From: Octopus bimaculoides
Lineage: Eukaryota
Length of the DNA stretch: 64,000 bases
Assembly (NCBI RefSeq): GCF_001194135.2
Contig: NC_068986.1
Location: forward strand, 106,567,904-106,631,903
Reading direction: 5' to 3'
Below are positions 34,066 through 47,639 of the stretch, piece after piece; the first letter of the stretch is position 1, and every line of letters starts with the position of its first letter. The position numbers and the translations under genes were made by a program. The notes under the pieces were generated by a model. The model worked only from the letters and a program-made list of their open reading frames with translations. It ran no database searches and was not told the DNA's origin.

Positions 34066-35167
34066 GTGTCTTTATTTCAAACTTGTTATGAATTCATATA
34101 TCATCTCTTTGTCTTAATATGTGTAACACCTTACAGATATAAGATGATTAATTTGAAAAGTTATGAAATTATAAAACAAGAGTAATTAACTCCATTACGA
34201 TTATTCCACACGCCTCACTCTTGAAATGTTATAAACTCGCCACATACTGTGAGAATATCTTTAAAAAATATTTATGTTGTTACATTTTAAATAAATATTT
34301 CTTCTAGTCACGAAACTTAATCTTCTAGACCATTCAACTCTGAATAAATGAACGGAAATACAACTCATGTCTTACATGATCCAAAGGTTTGCAAGATATA
34401 TTTAATTATAAGAAATCGTTTTTGCAACGTCTACAGCGACAACGTAATTAGTCGAAACATGTGTGGACAGGTCCAGACGCAGAATTTATGGGTGCTGCAA
34501 TGTATGTCTTAGGAGGAAAATATCTCCCCCTCAGACAACAGTGCACCCAAGAATACCGTAGGTTGATGAGACGTTGGTGTTGAACATGCTGTTGTGTGAG
34601 ACGGAGAAGCTATTCTCCCAAGAGATACACTATGGAACTTAGCATATTTTGCCTCTGAATCTGCCTAGAATCAACATGAAAATATTCATTGAATCTTAAC
34701 TTTCATACAATCGCTGGGTGTTATCCAACAGACTTTGGCAGAAATTGTAAGTGTTATTCATCTTTAGTACGTGTCCACATATAACACAAGAAAACGTATG
34801 AATATTTAATTGTTGAAGTCCATAACTGATAACAGAGTCAATATAAATTCCTTGTATAAACCATTTCAATATTAGAGTTAGGGTTGTTTGCTTTACACGT
34901 TTCTCCCCTTAAAATTATTATTGACTATTTTGGGTAATCTTATTCATGAACTGGATATTAAAACACACGCAGCAATATATGTTTCATAGTTTCACAGTGA
35001 AGTTAATCTTGCATGTTTCAACAGTAACTGTTGATTTCACAAATTCTTACTTCTCAAATATTCTTGGCTGTTTTTCCTGAATCGTTTCAATATCTGTCAT
35101 ACTCTATCATTGAAATTTTGTCACAGTAGGAAAGGCCCTTTTTTTTTGTATTATTTGAATGTGATAA

Positions 35168-35378
35168 TGGTTTCTACTATAGGCACGTGACCTGAAATTT
35201 TGAGGGGAGGGGCATAGTCAATTACATCGACCGCGGTGCTCAACTGGTGCTTTATTTACCGATCCCGAAAGGAGGAAAAGAACGTCGACCTTGGCGGACT
35301 TTGAATTCAGAACCTAAAGCTAGAAGAATTGAAGCTATTATGTCCGGCGCCCTAAAGATTTATGGCTCACCGCCATAT
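35168..35378 (-). mobile_element. Older family A SINE
   Basis: Degenerate collinear match to 8604-8817. Confidence 0.8.
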
Positions 35379-35587
35379 TTACTTATAATAATTATTACAT
35401 ATACTTTATAGAAAAATAATTCGTTTTATTCGTTGGCTTGTTAACTTCAAATGATTCTTGTTTGATACGATTTTAGAAGGAATATATTATATGTGAATTC
35501 GACGAAACTAAATGTCGTACATTACACAGGTACAATATACGTAAATACTACATATAATTATCGTTAGACTCTTCTACGTTCATATAA

Positions 35588-36226
35588 TCTTTTCTACTCT
35601 AGGCACAAGACACGCGAAAGTTTTAGAGAGGGGGCCAATCGATTAAATCAACCTCAGTACGCAACTGCTATTTAATTTATCGACCCCGAAAGGATGAAAG
35701 CAACGTCAACCTCGGCGGAATTTGAACTCAGAACGTAAAGACAGACGAAATACCGCCAAGCATTTCCCGCGGCGTGGTAACGTTTCTTATTTCTTTATTG
35801 CCCAAAAGAAGCTAAACATAGTGAGGTCAAGCAAATGGATTAAGTCAATTACATCGCCCCCAGTGCGTAACTGGTACTTAATTTATCGACCCCGAAAGGA
35901 TGAAAGGCAATATCGACCTCGGCGGAATTTGAACTCAGAACGTAGTGGTAGGCGAAATACCGCTAAGCACTTCGCCCGGCGTGCTAACATTTCTTAATTC
36001 TTTATTGCCTACAAGGGGATAAACATAGAGGGGACAAACAAAGACAGGCAAAGGGATTAAGTCGATTACATCGACCCCAGTGCGAAACTGGTACTTAATT
36101 TATCCACCCCGAAAGGATAAAAGTCAAAGCCGACCTCGGCGGAATTTGAACTCAGAACGTAGCGTCAGACGAAATACCATTAAGCATTTCGCCCGGCGTG
36201 CTAACGTTTCTGCCAGTTCGCCGCTT
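35588..36226 (-). mobile_element. Family A SINE head-to-tail trimer inside one target-site duplication
   Basis: Junctions at 35786/35787 and 35993/35994; flanks ttctacgttcatataa (35572-35587) and tcctacattcacataa (36228-36243), 13/16 identical, all mismatches are transitions. Confidence 0.9.
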
Positions 36227-36599
36227 TTCCTACATTCACATAAAGGACAAAAGACATCATCACTTCATATGAATCCAAGATTTTCTTTAATATTGTATCA
36301 TATATTCTTTAATGTCTTCATAAGCTTGTATGCGCCATCCCACTTATATTGTTGCTGGGTTCATCTATGACCATTAAATAAATACGATATGCCCCAAGTG
36401 ATATTATACGCTACATTTCATCTTTCCTTTGTTAGTTTAAATTGTGCAGTTTTTGCTTAGTAAACTAGTTATTTTCTTTCTGGAATCCCTAGCTACGGAT
36501 ATTACTTTACTGAGCAGTTCTCATTTGGCTAAAACTATATCATAGTTTCTTTAACGGTTATATTCGATATTGTTTGATATAGGTTCTAACTGGCTTACA

Positions 36600-36870
36600 A
36601 AGGATGTCCTGTCATGTTGTGAGCAGAATCAATGTTTTCCTCGGTGGTGGCAGTTCCAGGACCTTCAGTCCTTTGGTCATTTTCAAGGCTCTCCTCCCAA
36701 ATTCAGATGCCCACCGTTGCACTGCTGATGAAGCTGGAGCATCATCCTCTTAGGTAGTAGCCATGTTAGCATGAATAACTTTGGTAGTTAAGCACTTTCC
36801 CTGCCGGTACTTGATAACACAACGATGCCAAATTTTGTCCAGTTTCAAGAGACGTCGCTACTAGTTACAT
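36600..36870 (-). mobile_element. Mariner transposase N-terminal remnant
   Basis: DKIWHRCVIKY..KVIHANM..DDAPASSAVQRWASEF..SLENDQR..GTATTEENI matches the mariner HTH region. Confidence 0.8.
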
Positions 36871-36999
36871 TGGAATCTTCCTTAAACAGTCAGAAGTCAG
36901 CTTACCGGAGAAAATGCAGTCATTACTATTAGTTGAAATTAATGCATCCAAGATTTCACAACTTTTCAACTCACCCCTATATTTATCTAAATATAAATC

Positions 37000-37302
37000 T
37001 GTCTCTATTTCTCTCTTTCTCTCTCTCCCTCTCACTCTCTCTCTCACTCGCTCGCTCTCTCTCTCTCCAGCTCTGTCTCTCTCTCTAAATATATATCTAT
37101 CACTCTTTCTTTCTCTCTCTGTCTCTCTCTGTCTCTCTCTGTCTCTCTCTGTCTCTCTCTGTCTGTCTCTCTCTCTCTCTCTCTTTCTCGCTCGCTCGCT
37201 CTCTTTCTCCAGCTGTCTCTCTCTGAATACCTATGTATCTATTTATCTCTCTTTCTTTCTCTCTCTCTCTCTCTCTCTCTGTCTGTCTCTCTCTCTCTCT
37301 CT
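37000..37302. repeat. CT-rich compound microsatellite
   Basis: Direct read. Confidence 0.9.
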
Positions 37303-38258
37303 ACACACACACATATATAAGTATTTATAGATCTATGTATGTATACAAGTATGGGCTTATAATTGTATATGCATGTGTGTATGTGTATATAAAACTGTTA
37401 ATCAAATACTTGGTTCTTGTGGCAACTCTGAGCGAAGAAATATTTGATTGGGTTTAGCACTGTGTAATATATCTCATATAATTAAGAAAAGCACGGATAT
37501 CAATACACAAGCATCATCATAAAAGATAACTTTATGCTGTACAAACAATAATTGTGTGAGTGTTAATTAACCAAAAGAATGGATGAAAGAATAAATGAAT
37601 GCATGATTGGTAATTATCAGCTTCGCAGAAAGAAAATCTATGGGTTAAAATACAGAAATATGTGTCAGTTTTATAAATCAACGAAGCAGATGGTAATAAG
37701 TCGTATTAAGAGGAGTATCAGGTGGTTAGATGGTCTGTATGAAATATATATGCATCAGGTATTTATGACACCGTGTGCAGAATGAATCTACCAGGCCTAA
37801 GAAGTGGATTGGAGGAATTACTTGGAGTGTCGTACAAATGTTTCTCAATATGCGTGTGCTAAATTAAGTGTATTGTTCTATGCAAAATTTCGTAACAAAT
37901 ACACTGCCTTTGCCCGTAAAGATCATTCATCGATCTGACGGAGCAAGAAGTATGTGTGTATGTATGTATGTATGTATTATGCGTGTGTATATATGTAACC
38001 TGGTGCGTGTGTGTATGTGTGTGACTAAATGGAGAGATATAAAATAGATAACAATAGTTTAAATAGTCCCAAAGCTTTAAAAAAATTAATCTCAGACAGC
38101 TTTCAGAGAAAAATAGGCTTCATATATGTTTTGCTCTAAAATTGCGTTAAGCTCATAACTTATAATGAATATGATAATAGAATTATTTTCTACGAATTAC
38201 TCAGAAAAACAATATGGCGAATAATAAAATGTGAAACTCCCAAACATGCATAGATATG

Positions 38259-38323
<65 letters not shown>

Positions 38324-39174
38324 GCCCACAGATGATGACAACTACAACTCTATAACAAGTAAAATATGAAACAATTTGAAACTTAAAACGTTAAAATGTG
38401 TATCAGAATTCAGAATATTAAGTAATTGTATATTATTGAAGAAAACTTTTCAACCGCAAATTAAATTTTGTTTCATATTGATTAAGGTCCTACGGATATC
38501 ATCTTGACTAGTATATAACATCTTTAGCGAAGTCTATCTAGCTTTCGTTTTAGTTATTAAAGTTTCCCGAAAGTAACTCACCTAATAATTATAACACATG
38601 CACAGCTCAGTTCGGGAAGCAGTCGACTGAATATACTTCAACACATGCCTGGAAGAATCATTATCGACTCGAATTTTTACAGAACATATAATCGGAACGT
38701 ATACTTCTTCTTCACCATCAGTAATAATCTCAATACAATAACTATTATATTACAGGAATTTGCTTTGATACTTAATTTGTAACTGTTAAATCTCATTGTA
38801 TATGTATGTGTATATTTGTATACATATGTATGTATAAAATACATGATATAATATGAAGGGAGAAGAGGAGAGATTTCTGAATCCCACATATCACTTTATA
38901 CGTCTCTGCTCCTCTCATTTATTTTCTGTCTTTCTCTCTTACACACACTCGCTTTCTCTCTCTCTCTCTCTACTTCCATCTATCTATCTGTCGATCTCCA
39001 TTCCTTTTCTCCCTCAATGCATATTCATCATCCTAACTTAGCAGCCAACTTCTGTCTGCCGTTTTGGCCATATATATTGAACTCTTTCCATTAATTGGTC
39101 CATATTTTGAAATGTTTTAAGAAGAAATTCATGCGTTATGGATAATATTCTTATTATATATAAAGCAGACCTGG

Positions 39175-39544
39175 TTGTTGTTTGTTGTTGGCACTCCGTC
39201 AGTTACGACGTCGAGGGTTCCAGTTGATCCGATCAACGGAACAGCCTGAGCACTCCACAGACACGTGTACTCTTAACGTAGTTCTCGGGGATATTCAGCG
39301 TGACACAGAGTGTGACAAAGCTGACCTTTTGAATTACAGGCACTACAGAAACAGGAAGTAAGAGTGAGAGAAAGTTGTGGTGAAAGAGTACAGCAGGGTT
39401 CGCCACCATCCCCTGCCGGAGCCTCGTGGAGCTTTTTAGGTGTTTTCGCTCAATAAACACTCACAACGCCTGGTTTGGGAATCGAAACCGCGATCCTATC
39501 ACCGCGAGTCCGCTGCCCTAACCACTGGGCCATTGCGCCTCCAC
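39175..39544 (-). mobile_element. Family C SINE with an internal deletion and a perfect 14-bp TSD
   Basis: TSD taaagcagacctgg at 39161-39174 and 39547-39560; lacks the ctcgtgaaattaacgtgtaagtggctg segment present at 10871-10897. Confidence 0.93.
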
Positions 39545-39929
39545 ATTAAAGCAGACCTGGAACGTACGTGTCAATCGATTTCAAAGTAACACTATTTGGT
39601 TTGACTTTATTATTACAACGTATATATATATACATACGTGCATATGTGCACACAAGCGTACATGCACACTCACATACAGACATATACCTACATAAAAAAG
39701 TAACTTTCGTGTTTTGCTCATAAAAATGTGCATGCATAGAATGCTTGACAAGTGATCACAAGTGACGTTCTGCGACATGATTGCCACATGGTAAATGCAT
39801 GTGCGTACGCATGTCTGTCTGTCTGAATGTATGTATGGATGGTGTACGTAACTATGTAGCTATCTATTTGTGTCTCTGTCTCGATACATGCATTTATACA
39901 TTAATATGTGAGTGTATGTGAGGAGAAAG

Positions 39930-39964
39930 AGGGAAAGAGAGTGAGAGAAAGAGAGAGAGAGAGT

Positions 39965-40035
<71 letters not shown>
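39930..40035. repeat. (GA)n microsatellite
   Basis: Direct read. Confidence 0.95.
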
Positions 40036-40040
<5 letters not shown>

Positions 40041-40284
40041 TTTAAATAATATGAAACATCTTCATAATAATACTACTAAGCTGTCGAAAAATATAATTTT
40101 TATTTAAAACTGATTGAAGTATCTCCATTTGGAAGGTGAACAATATCAGAAACTACATATAATTTTAATGAATTATCTATTTCTGTCACTCAAAAATTAA
40201 TACTCTGCAGTAAGTTAGTATAATACAATTTTAGAATTATATATTATTGAACGTATCGTAAATTTAGAAGGAGTTGGTTTACGT

Positions 40285-40479
40285 AATATTCGCCGATGTT
40301 ACGTTCGAAAAACCCCCGTGATAATTGAAAATCTGCGAAGTAGAAACAGTACTGTACTGTATATATTTAAAATTATTTTGTAATTTCTATATATTTATTG
40401 TATTATAAATGCAAAACAATACCACGGAGGAATCGACGCAAGCTTAAATAATAAACTGCGATATGGCGAGGGATTACTG
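40285..40479. mobile_element. Possible pogo/Tigger-type MITE remnant
   Basis: Right end gcgatatggcgagggattactg is the reverse complement of a Tigger-like cagtaatccctcgccatatcgc terminus; left end is degenerate. Confidence 0.45.
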
Positions 40480-43362
40480 CATCCACCGACAACTTATAGA
40501 TATGATTTTGACTGACGAATATGTCATGTTAATACTGTACATCTAGCTTTTTGTTATACGGCGAGCTTCAACGTTTATTTGCATTTCGATAAAGACTTAC
40601 CCCACTTACACCATTGACGTCACTATTTAAATTCGTATGAATCCTGACAGACCACGGACTGTGTAAGGCAATTATAAAATGGAATATTTTTGTTAAAACC
40701 AATATGCACAACGGTCGAGTAACTGAATGCAACGTTTGCACCAAATAAAAGTTTACTGTGTTTATTTGTGATAAAAATACAAAATAAAAAACGTATTCTT
40801 CCCTACTCACAAACCGCTTTTAACTACAAATTGTCACAGTCTATCACAGTCTTGGTCTATATGTTGCATATAGAAAAACTGTATAGGCAGAAATATTTTG
40901 TCTCTATCACACAATTGAAAAGTGACTGCTGTCTAATGAAACATTTTTACAGTCTCAACTTGATAAAGAAAACCGACCATGGTATATAACAGACAATATA
41001 CATACGTATGTGTGATTGCATATAATTTGTCAACGCTCTGCGTGCGTCGATAAATGTGTACTTGAACAGAAATACAATTACAAGCGCCTTGCGGTTATAA
41101 TCTTTATGCTAAACTTTATACAGAGATCAGTGTTAGTTAAACATATATATATATATTAATTATTTTGATGTGTAACTTATTTTTGCATTGTAAATTAAAT
41201 AAATATATTTCTACCTCACTGAAACAAGAATGACTACTTTCCGTGGCTTATTATATTCTTGCGTACATTTCCTTCAAAAGTAGCATTGGTGACGTAAATG
41301 TCTCATTTCATCTGTGAACACAGTTTACGTTCCTTTTAGCGAAAATATTCGTGTGACTGTGATTTTTTAAAATTCTAGTCCAATAATAAAAACACATATT
41401 TGTGTAAGTGTGTACAACTGTACATGTATATGTGTGCATATGTTATATATACGTAGGCNNNNNNNNNNNNNNNNNNNNNNNNNNNNNNNNNNNNNNNNNN
41501 NNNNNNNNNNNNNNNNNNNNNNNNNNNNNNNNNNNNNNNNNNNNNNNNNNNNNNNNNNNNNNNNNNNNNNNNNNNNNNNNNNNNNNNNNNNNNNNNNNNN
41601 NNNNNNNNNNNNNNNNNNNNNNNNNNNNNNNNNNNNNNNNNNNNNNNNNNNNNNNNNNNNNNNNNNNNNNNNNNNNNNNNNNNNNNNNNNNNNNNNNNNN
41701 NNNNNNNNNNNNNNNNNNNNNNNNNNNNNNNNNNNNNNNNNNNNNNNNNNNNNNNNNNNNNNNNNNNNNNNNNNNNNNNNNNNNNNNNNNNNNNNNNNNN
41801 NNNNNNNNNNNNNNNNNNNNNNNNNNNNNNNNNNNNNNNNNNNNNNNNNNNNNNNNNNNNNNNNNNNNNNNNNNNNNNNNNNNNNNNNNNNNNNNNNNNN
41901 NNNNNNNNNNNNNNNNNNNNNNNNNNNNNNNNNNNNNNNNNNNNNNNNNNNNNNNNNNNNNNNNNNNNNNNNNNNNNNNNNNNNNNNNNNNNNNNNNNNN
42001 NNNNNNNNNNNNNNNNNNNNNNNNNNNNNNNNNNNNNNNNNNNNNNNNNNNNNNNNNNNNNNNNNNNNNNNNNNNNNNNNNNNNNNNNNNNNNNNNNNNN
42101 NNNNNNNNNNNNNNNNNNNNNNNNNNNNNNNNNNNNNNNNNNNNNNNNNNNNNNNNNNNNNNNNNNNNNNNNNNNNNNNNNNNNNNNNNNNNNNNNNNNN
42201 NNNNNNNNNNNNNNNNNNNNNNNNNNNNNNNNNNNNNNNNNNNNNNNNNNNNNNNNNNNNNNNNNNNNNNNNNNNNNNNNNNNNNNNNNNNNNNNNNNNN
42301 NNNNNNNNNNNNNNNNNNNNNNNNNNNNNNNNNNNNNNNNNNNNNNNNNNNNNNNNNNNNNNNNNNNNNNNNNNNNNNNNNNNNNNNNNNNNNNNNNNNN
42401 NNNNNNNNNNNNNNNNNNNNNNNNNNNNNNNNTATATATATATATATATATATGGGGAAACAAGTAGAAGAAAATGTAGAATAAATAGAGATAATTACTG
42501 ATTTATTTGCATTAAATTACAAATCGGATTGTTTCATACGTGCACCATGTTACACATGAGTGCAATGAATATAGAAAAATTGGGATCGAAACATGCATCA
42601 TATAAACATGAACAAGCAAAATCAGTGAATATTTTTAAACTTCATAGGGGTACTATATAATTAGGATCCCTTTTATACTTTAATGCACTCTTAGTTATTA
42701 TTTATATTCACTCTTTTAGCTATACAAAAGTTCTCAAGCTGTTTCTCTCTTTTATTTTTGGACCCAACAATTTTTAATCATTTGTTTACTAATTATAATA
42801 TTTAGTATATGTATATAATATATCCACAAATATTCAGAACCTATCAATAAAATAAAATCTCTAAAGATAGCTTTTAACTTTAACCAGCTAACACTATGCA
42901 CTTCTCTCAAAAGATAAAATAATCACCTAAGTTGCGTTAGCTCTTTTTGAAACCTGAAGAAGTCCTACAGTAACATAGAATGAATGTGGCAACTTCCTCG
43001 GCATTAAACAACATGCTTAGAGATTCCCACCAAATAGATGGTTCGACAGAAACATATATGTAGGTTCTTCGTACGTTTTACTTAATCTTTTTGAGCTTTC
43101 AACTTCCAATCAATTTATTTATTTATTTATTTATTTATACAGTTCTTTTTAAAAAATATCATCTTTCTTGAACGTGCAAATAATTCAGTAAGTACCTACA
43201 TTTATTCTCCATTTTCTTCTTGTTTTTCCCTCAATATTAAAAAATGTCAATAATCCTCAACTTATACCAACGATTTTACCATTATATGATACGGATTAAA
43301 CCAGTGGATTACCTATTATTATACAATCCATAATAACGACTTAACGTCCTCGAATTAACTGT

Positions 43363-43401
<39 letters not shown>

Positions 43402-43704
43402 TGTGTGTGTGTGTGTGTATTTATGAAGAAGGCAAACCAAATACAAAAATGAACAAGTGTCCAAGAGACATTTTCAGTTTGTATTATTAGATTGATTCTG
43501 AAAGCAAGGTAAAGTGATAAAATAGACGTATAACGTTCCACACATACATTCTTCGAATTCTTGAAGAAATTGCAGCAGAGACTGGCAAGAGAAGAGACGA
43601 GAGAAAATATAAAAAGAAAGATAAGAAAGAAGGTACGTGGCATAAGTTCACATGTTTAACATCTACAATGACACATACATACATATATAAACATACACAA
43701 AAAC

Positions 43705-43706
43705 AT

Positions 43707-43800
<94 letters not shown>
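43705..43800. repeat. (CA)n microsatellite
   Basis: Direct read. Confidence 0.95.
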
Positions 43801-43802
<2 letters not shown>

Positions 43803-45772
43803 ATATACGAACTTAAATACACACACACATACACATATATGGTCGCAAGCAAGATAACTTACCCACATCAGATCAACATTCGTTTTCACATATTTGCTTT
43901 AACTGATTGCAATTTCTGTGTGTCTCTGCCAAACCATCAATGCAATTGTGGTATTCTTTCTCTCTTAGTACAGGCACGGAATTATATAACGCGATGTTAT
44001 TTGATGCTCGGTAAAACGGCCGTGTTCTGCAAATCCTATCCGTAGTTGATCCATAAATAGTAGATATAGTGAAACTTTTATAGATACACATATGTTGTTA
44101 TACAAACTGATATTGACAAAATCCACTGTTACAAAATGTGAACAGATTATTCGACTTGCTTATATTTGATAATAGGAGAAATTGTTAAAGTTTAAGAGAG
44201 GCGTACTTACACTCCTCAGAATGTTATTTAATTGCAATTATATTAACATATACAACACTATATCGGACAACGCAAATTCTTCCTGAACAAAACATTGATA
44301 TTACACCAAGCGTAAATCGTTTATGACAATATGTTCAATAGTGACTTTACCTAATTCAGAAATATTCTAAATTTATAAATGCATCTAGAAAGCAAAAAAT
44401 AAATTAAATATAATCCACACTTAAATCTGGGATTCTAAACCACAATGAATTACATGACATGTGATAGGAACATTCTAACGCCAAGCGAAGTACTCGAGAC
44501 GTTAATGTCTTTGTAAAAACGCGTACAGACCTAACTACTCGTCTTCTTGAATGTATTCAAGAGTAATAAATGGCGTATGCTACTATATCAAACCTAAGAG
44601 TGATAATATTTTTGTGATGCTGAATAAAAACAATATTTTACGAAGATCAGTTGCAATCTATGCTGATATGAATAACTATAGTAGGGTTAAGGGTATCGTA
44701 CTCTCTGTAATTAGCAAAATGTTATAATTAATTAGAAATATGGACGCACATACTTACATGTAAGCACGAACACATAAGTGCGTGCACACATATGAGCGTG
44801 CACACATACGAGCTTGCACACACTCACATGCTCATAGCAAACAGTTTCGAAACAACGCCAAAACAACGCCAGATCATACATTCAAAATAAATGGAAGTGG
44901 AGAGACAAGTTACTGAAGAGATTGCAAGAGTGCAATGAAATAATTTAACAAAAAACTATATAAATTAATAAAGGACTGAACCAGTGCGTGTGTTTATTAC
45001 CGGCATAATGCCTCTCCCAAGGTTTAATTGTAATTAGAAATAGTTTTATGTTAAGGTTATAATTAGGTAAAAATACATTCTTACGATTAGGACAAGAAAT
45101 CGATTTGTCGATTTCTAATGTAAATTTAACTAGTCATATAATCTGAGCTGGTAAGGAATAACTTTTTCTAAAAATGTTTTGTTTTTTTTAAATAAATTCG
45201 TATTTATGGTGGAAACAAGATTATCAAACAGGGAAGTTTATGTTTTCTAATTACAATATTATTCCAGAGAGGCAATCCTTGGAGAACATTGTTGGTTATT
45301 TTGCTTAGTTAAGTCTATTAATATTCATGTAACGAAAATTAATACGAATGCCAAACAGGCGCATTTATAATCATAAATATTAATAGTTAAATATTCAGAG
45401 TGCAGTTTTAATAGCTTGCAGAAGAATAAATGTATTGAACATCGGTATCTACACATACATTAAATATATGGAGCTTTTATGAGACGAGTGAAATGCTAGT
45501 AACAGCAGCTGAGTGACACCCCAGTTATCAAATAAGTGTCCATAAATAGAAAAGAGTTTGAATTACAATATTAGGTAGAACTTCTTTGGTCACATGTCAT
45601 ACATGAGAGTTAAACTTGGGCTACATGAAACAACGCTTGCCAACACAGTTCATAAATATTTTTGTCTGAAACCTGTAGGCCAAAATTATTAATATGTAGA
45701 AAAGTGCCATGGATCTTTATCAGGAGTGTATATGTTGTAAACCAATACACTTTCTGTTCACACACACACACA

Positions 45773-45828
<56 letters not shown>

Positions 45829-47109
45829 GTTTAACTGCCAATAAATCCTTCAGGATCGCCACATATTCAAGATTACCTCCATGCAGTAAAGTCTTACAAG
45901 CAAGAAATCCTTACAGCCAACCCTAGATTTCAATCATGTAGTTAACGTCTTATAAGGGCATGACATTTAAAGCATACAGAATTATTAATAACAAGCATTT
46001 ACAAGTTTAACTCAATGGCTGAAGGAAATATCTGTACAAAAATACTGTGCACGATTAATTTTATACTAATGCATCCACGTATTAGTATAAAATTAACTGG
46101 ATGGATGTGACTTATACAAAAAGAAAAAAAGACACACTTGAGAGCGTATTAGACTTGGTATGAACTAAATGAAAAGTTCTCATGGTTAATCAATACATTT
46201 GTCTCAGTTTATATAAATATTAAGCTGGTACTAGAGAATTGATGACATACTAACATTTCGTGTAAGCATAACATGTATATACATGAAGGGGCCCATTTCA
46301 AGATTTCGATAAACCGAATGAAAAGCATGCAAATATCATAGACATTATGGGTGATCAGATGTATTGAATATGTGTTAATATGAAAATATGTTATATCTCT
46401 TTATTTCTAGTGTGCTTTATTAACCTAATTTAGAAAATTAATAAACATTTATTTCATACATTCTGTGATTACTAGCTTGGATATATATTTAATTGGAATC
46501 AAGTACAGATTACATACAATTTCAATGACCTTCAAAATTTGAGTTTGTAACTGCAATTCTATTGGTAAAATACGTCCATCGAAATATATTGTCAATAAAA
46601 TTATATAAAAAAAGCAAAATGATAATGTGATGTGTGTCAGTGATGATTAAGTAGGATTTGATAGTATTAATATTTTTGATTTCTTTTAGGAGTGTGTTTT
46701 ATAAATCTACTAAAAGACAGACAGCATCTTGATTCCACAAATAATTCGAAGAATGACTACACAACTAAACTTATAATGTGTCAATATGATTAACCTTTTA
46801 AAAATGTATAAACTTTAAACTATGAATAAGGAGGGACAGAAATCTTGTTATAAAAGTTTTATTCGGTTGCTGAAGTCGCTGCAAGTGTTACAACACACAT
46901 GCGTGTAATAGTATGCAAAAGGTTTTATGTATGTATATTTACATGAAACTGTGCGTATATACATATGCATATGGATTCATAAATGTGATTATTCATTGCT
47001 GAAGTTACAAAATCATATAAAAGTAAGTGCCATCTCGAAATTTAAGATTCGTAGAGTCGGATACCTGGTGATCATGGCGTATAAGTGACGAAGATTGCAA
47101 CATTCTTTC

Positions 47110-47250
47110 TGTAAAAGAGGCGACCTGTTGCAGAGCGGGTTGGATTAACGTGAAATCAAGTGTTTTATTCAAAAACATAACGCACCGCCTGGTCCGGGAA
47201 GTGAAACCACGATCTTGTGATCGTAAATATAACGCTCCAAACACTAGGCC
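47110..47250 (-). mobile_element. Degenerate CORE-type tRNA SINE (family D) 5' part
   Basis: Minus strand ggcctagtgtttggagcgttatatttacgatcacaagatcgtggtttcacttccc..gcgttatgtttttgaataaaacacttgatttcac. Confidence 0.6.
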
Positions 47251-47639
47251 AAAGTGTTACACTCCAAAATAAAAGATAGNNNNNNNNNNNNNNNNNNNNN
47301 NNNNNNNNNNNNNNNNNNNNNNNNNNNNNNNNNNNNNNNNNNNNNNNNNNNNNNTATATATATATATGCATATGCATATATAAGGGACCAAAGTGTACGT
47401 AGGCCGTATATATACACACGCGCGCACACACATACGCACATACTTATATATGCATATATATAAGTGCAAAAATTAACATATGTTTGCCACCACCAGAGTA
47501 AAGAATTAAACCTATTTAATGAGGTCCTTACAGTGTCATGAAAATATGTCCGTTTTATAATATCACTTCAGTATTCAATACAGAAAGGCTTTATCTCAAT
47601 CTTCACGCAAGAAGGAAAACACATCAATCTAACTTAGTT

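Noticed and set aside
35588-36226. Regularly repeated units that could be mistaken for a CRISPR array
   Set aside because: Units are ~200-bp tRNA-derived SINE monomers without unique spacers, in a eukaryotic context with no cas genes.
17630-42990. Further CTGAAGA/CTGATGA motifs (about 17632, 20948, 26810, 28539, 42955) as hammerheads
   Set aside because: Stem II and/or the GAAA core cannot be formed; at best unrecognisable relics.
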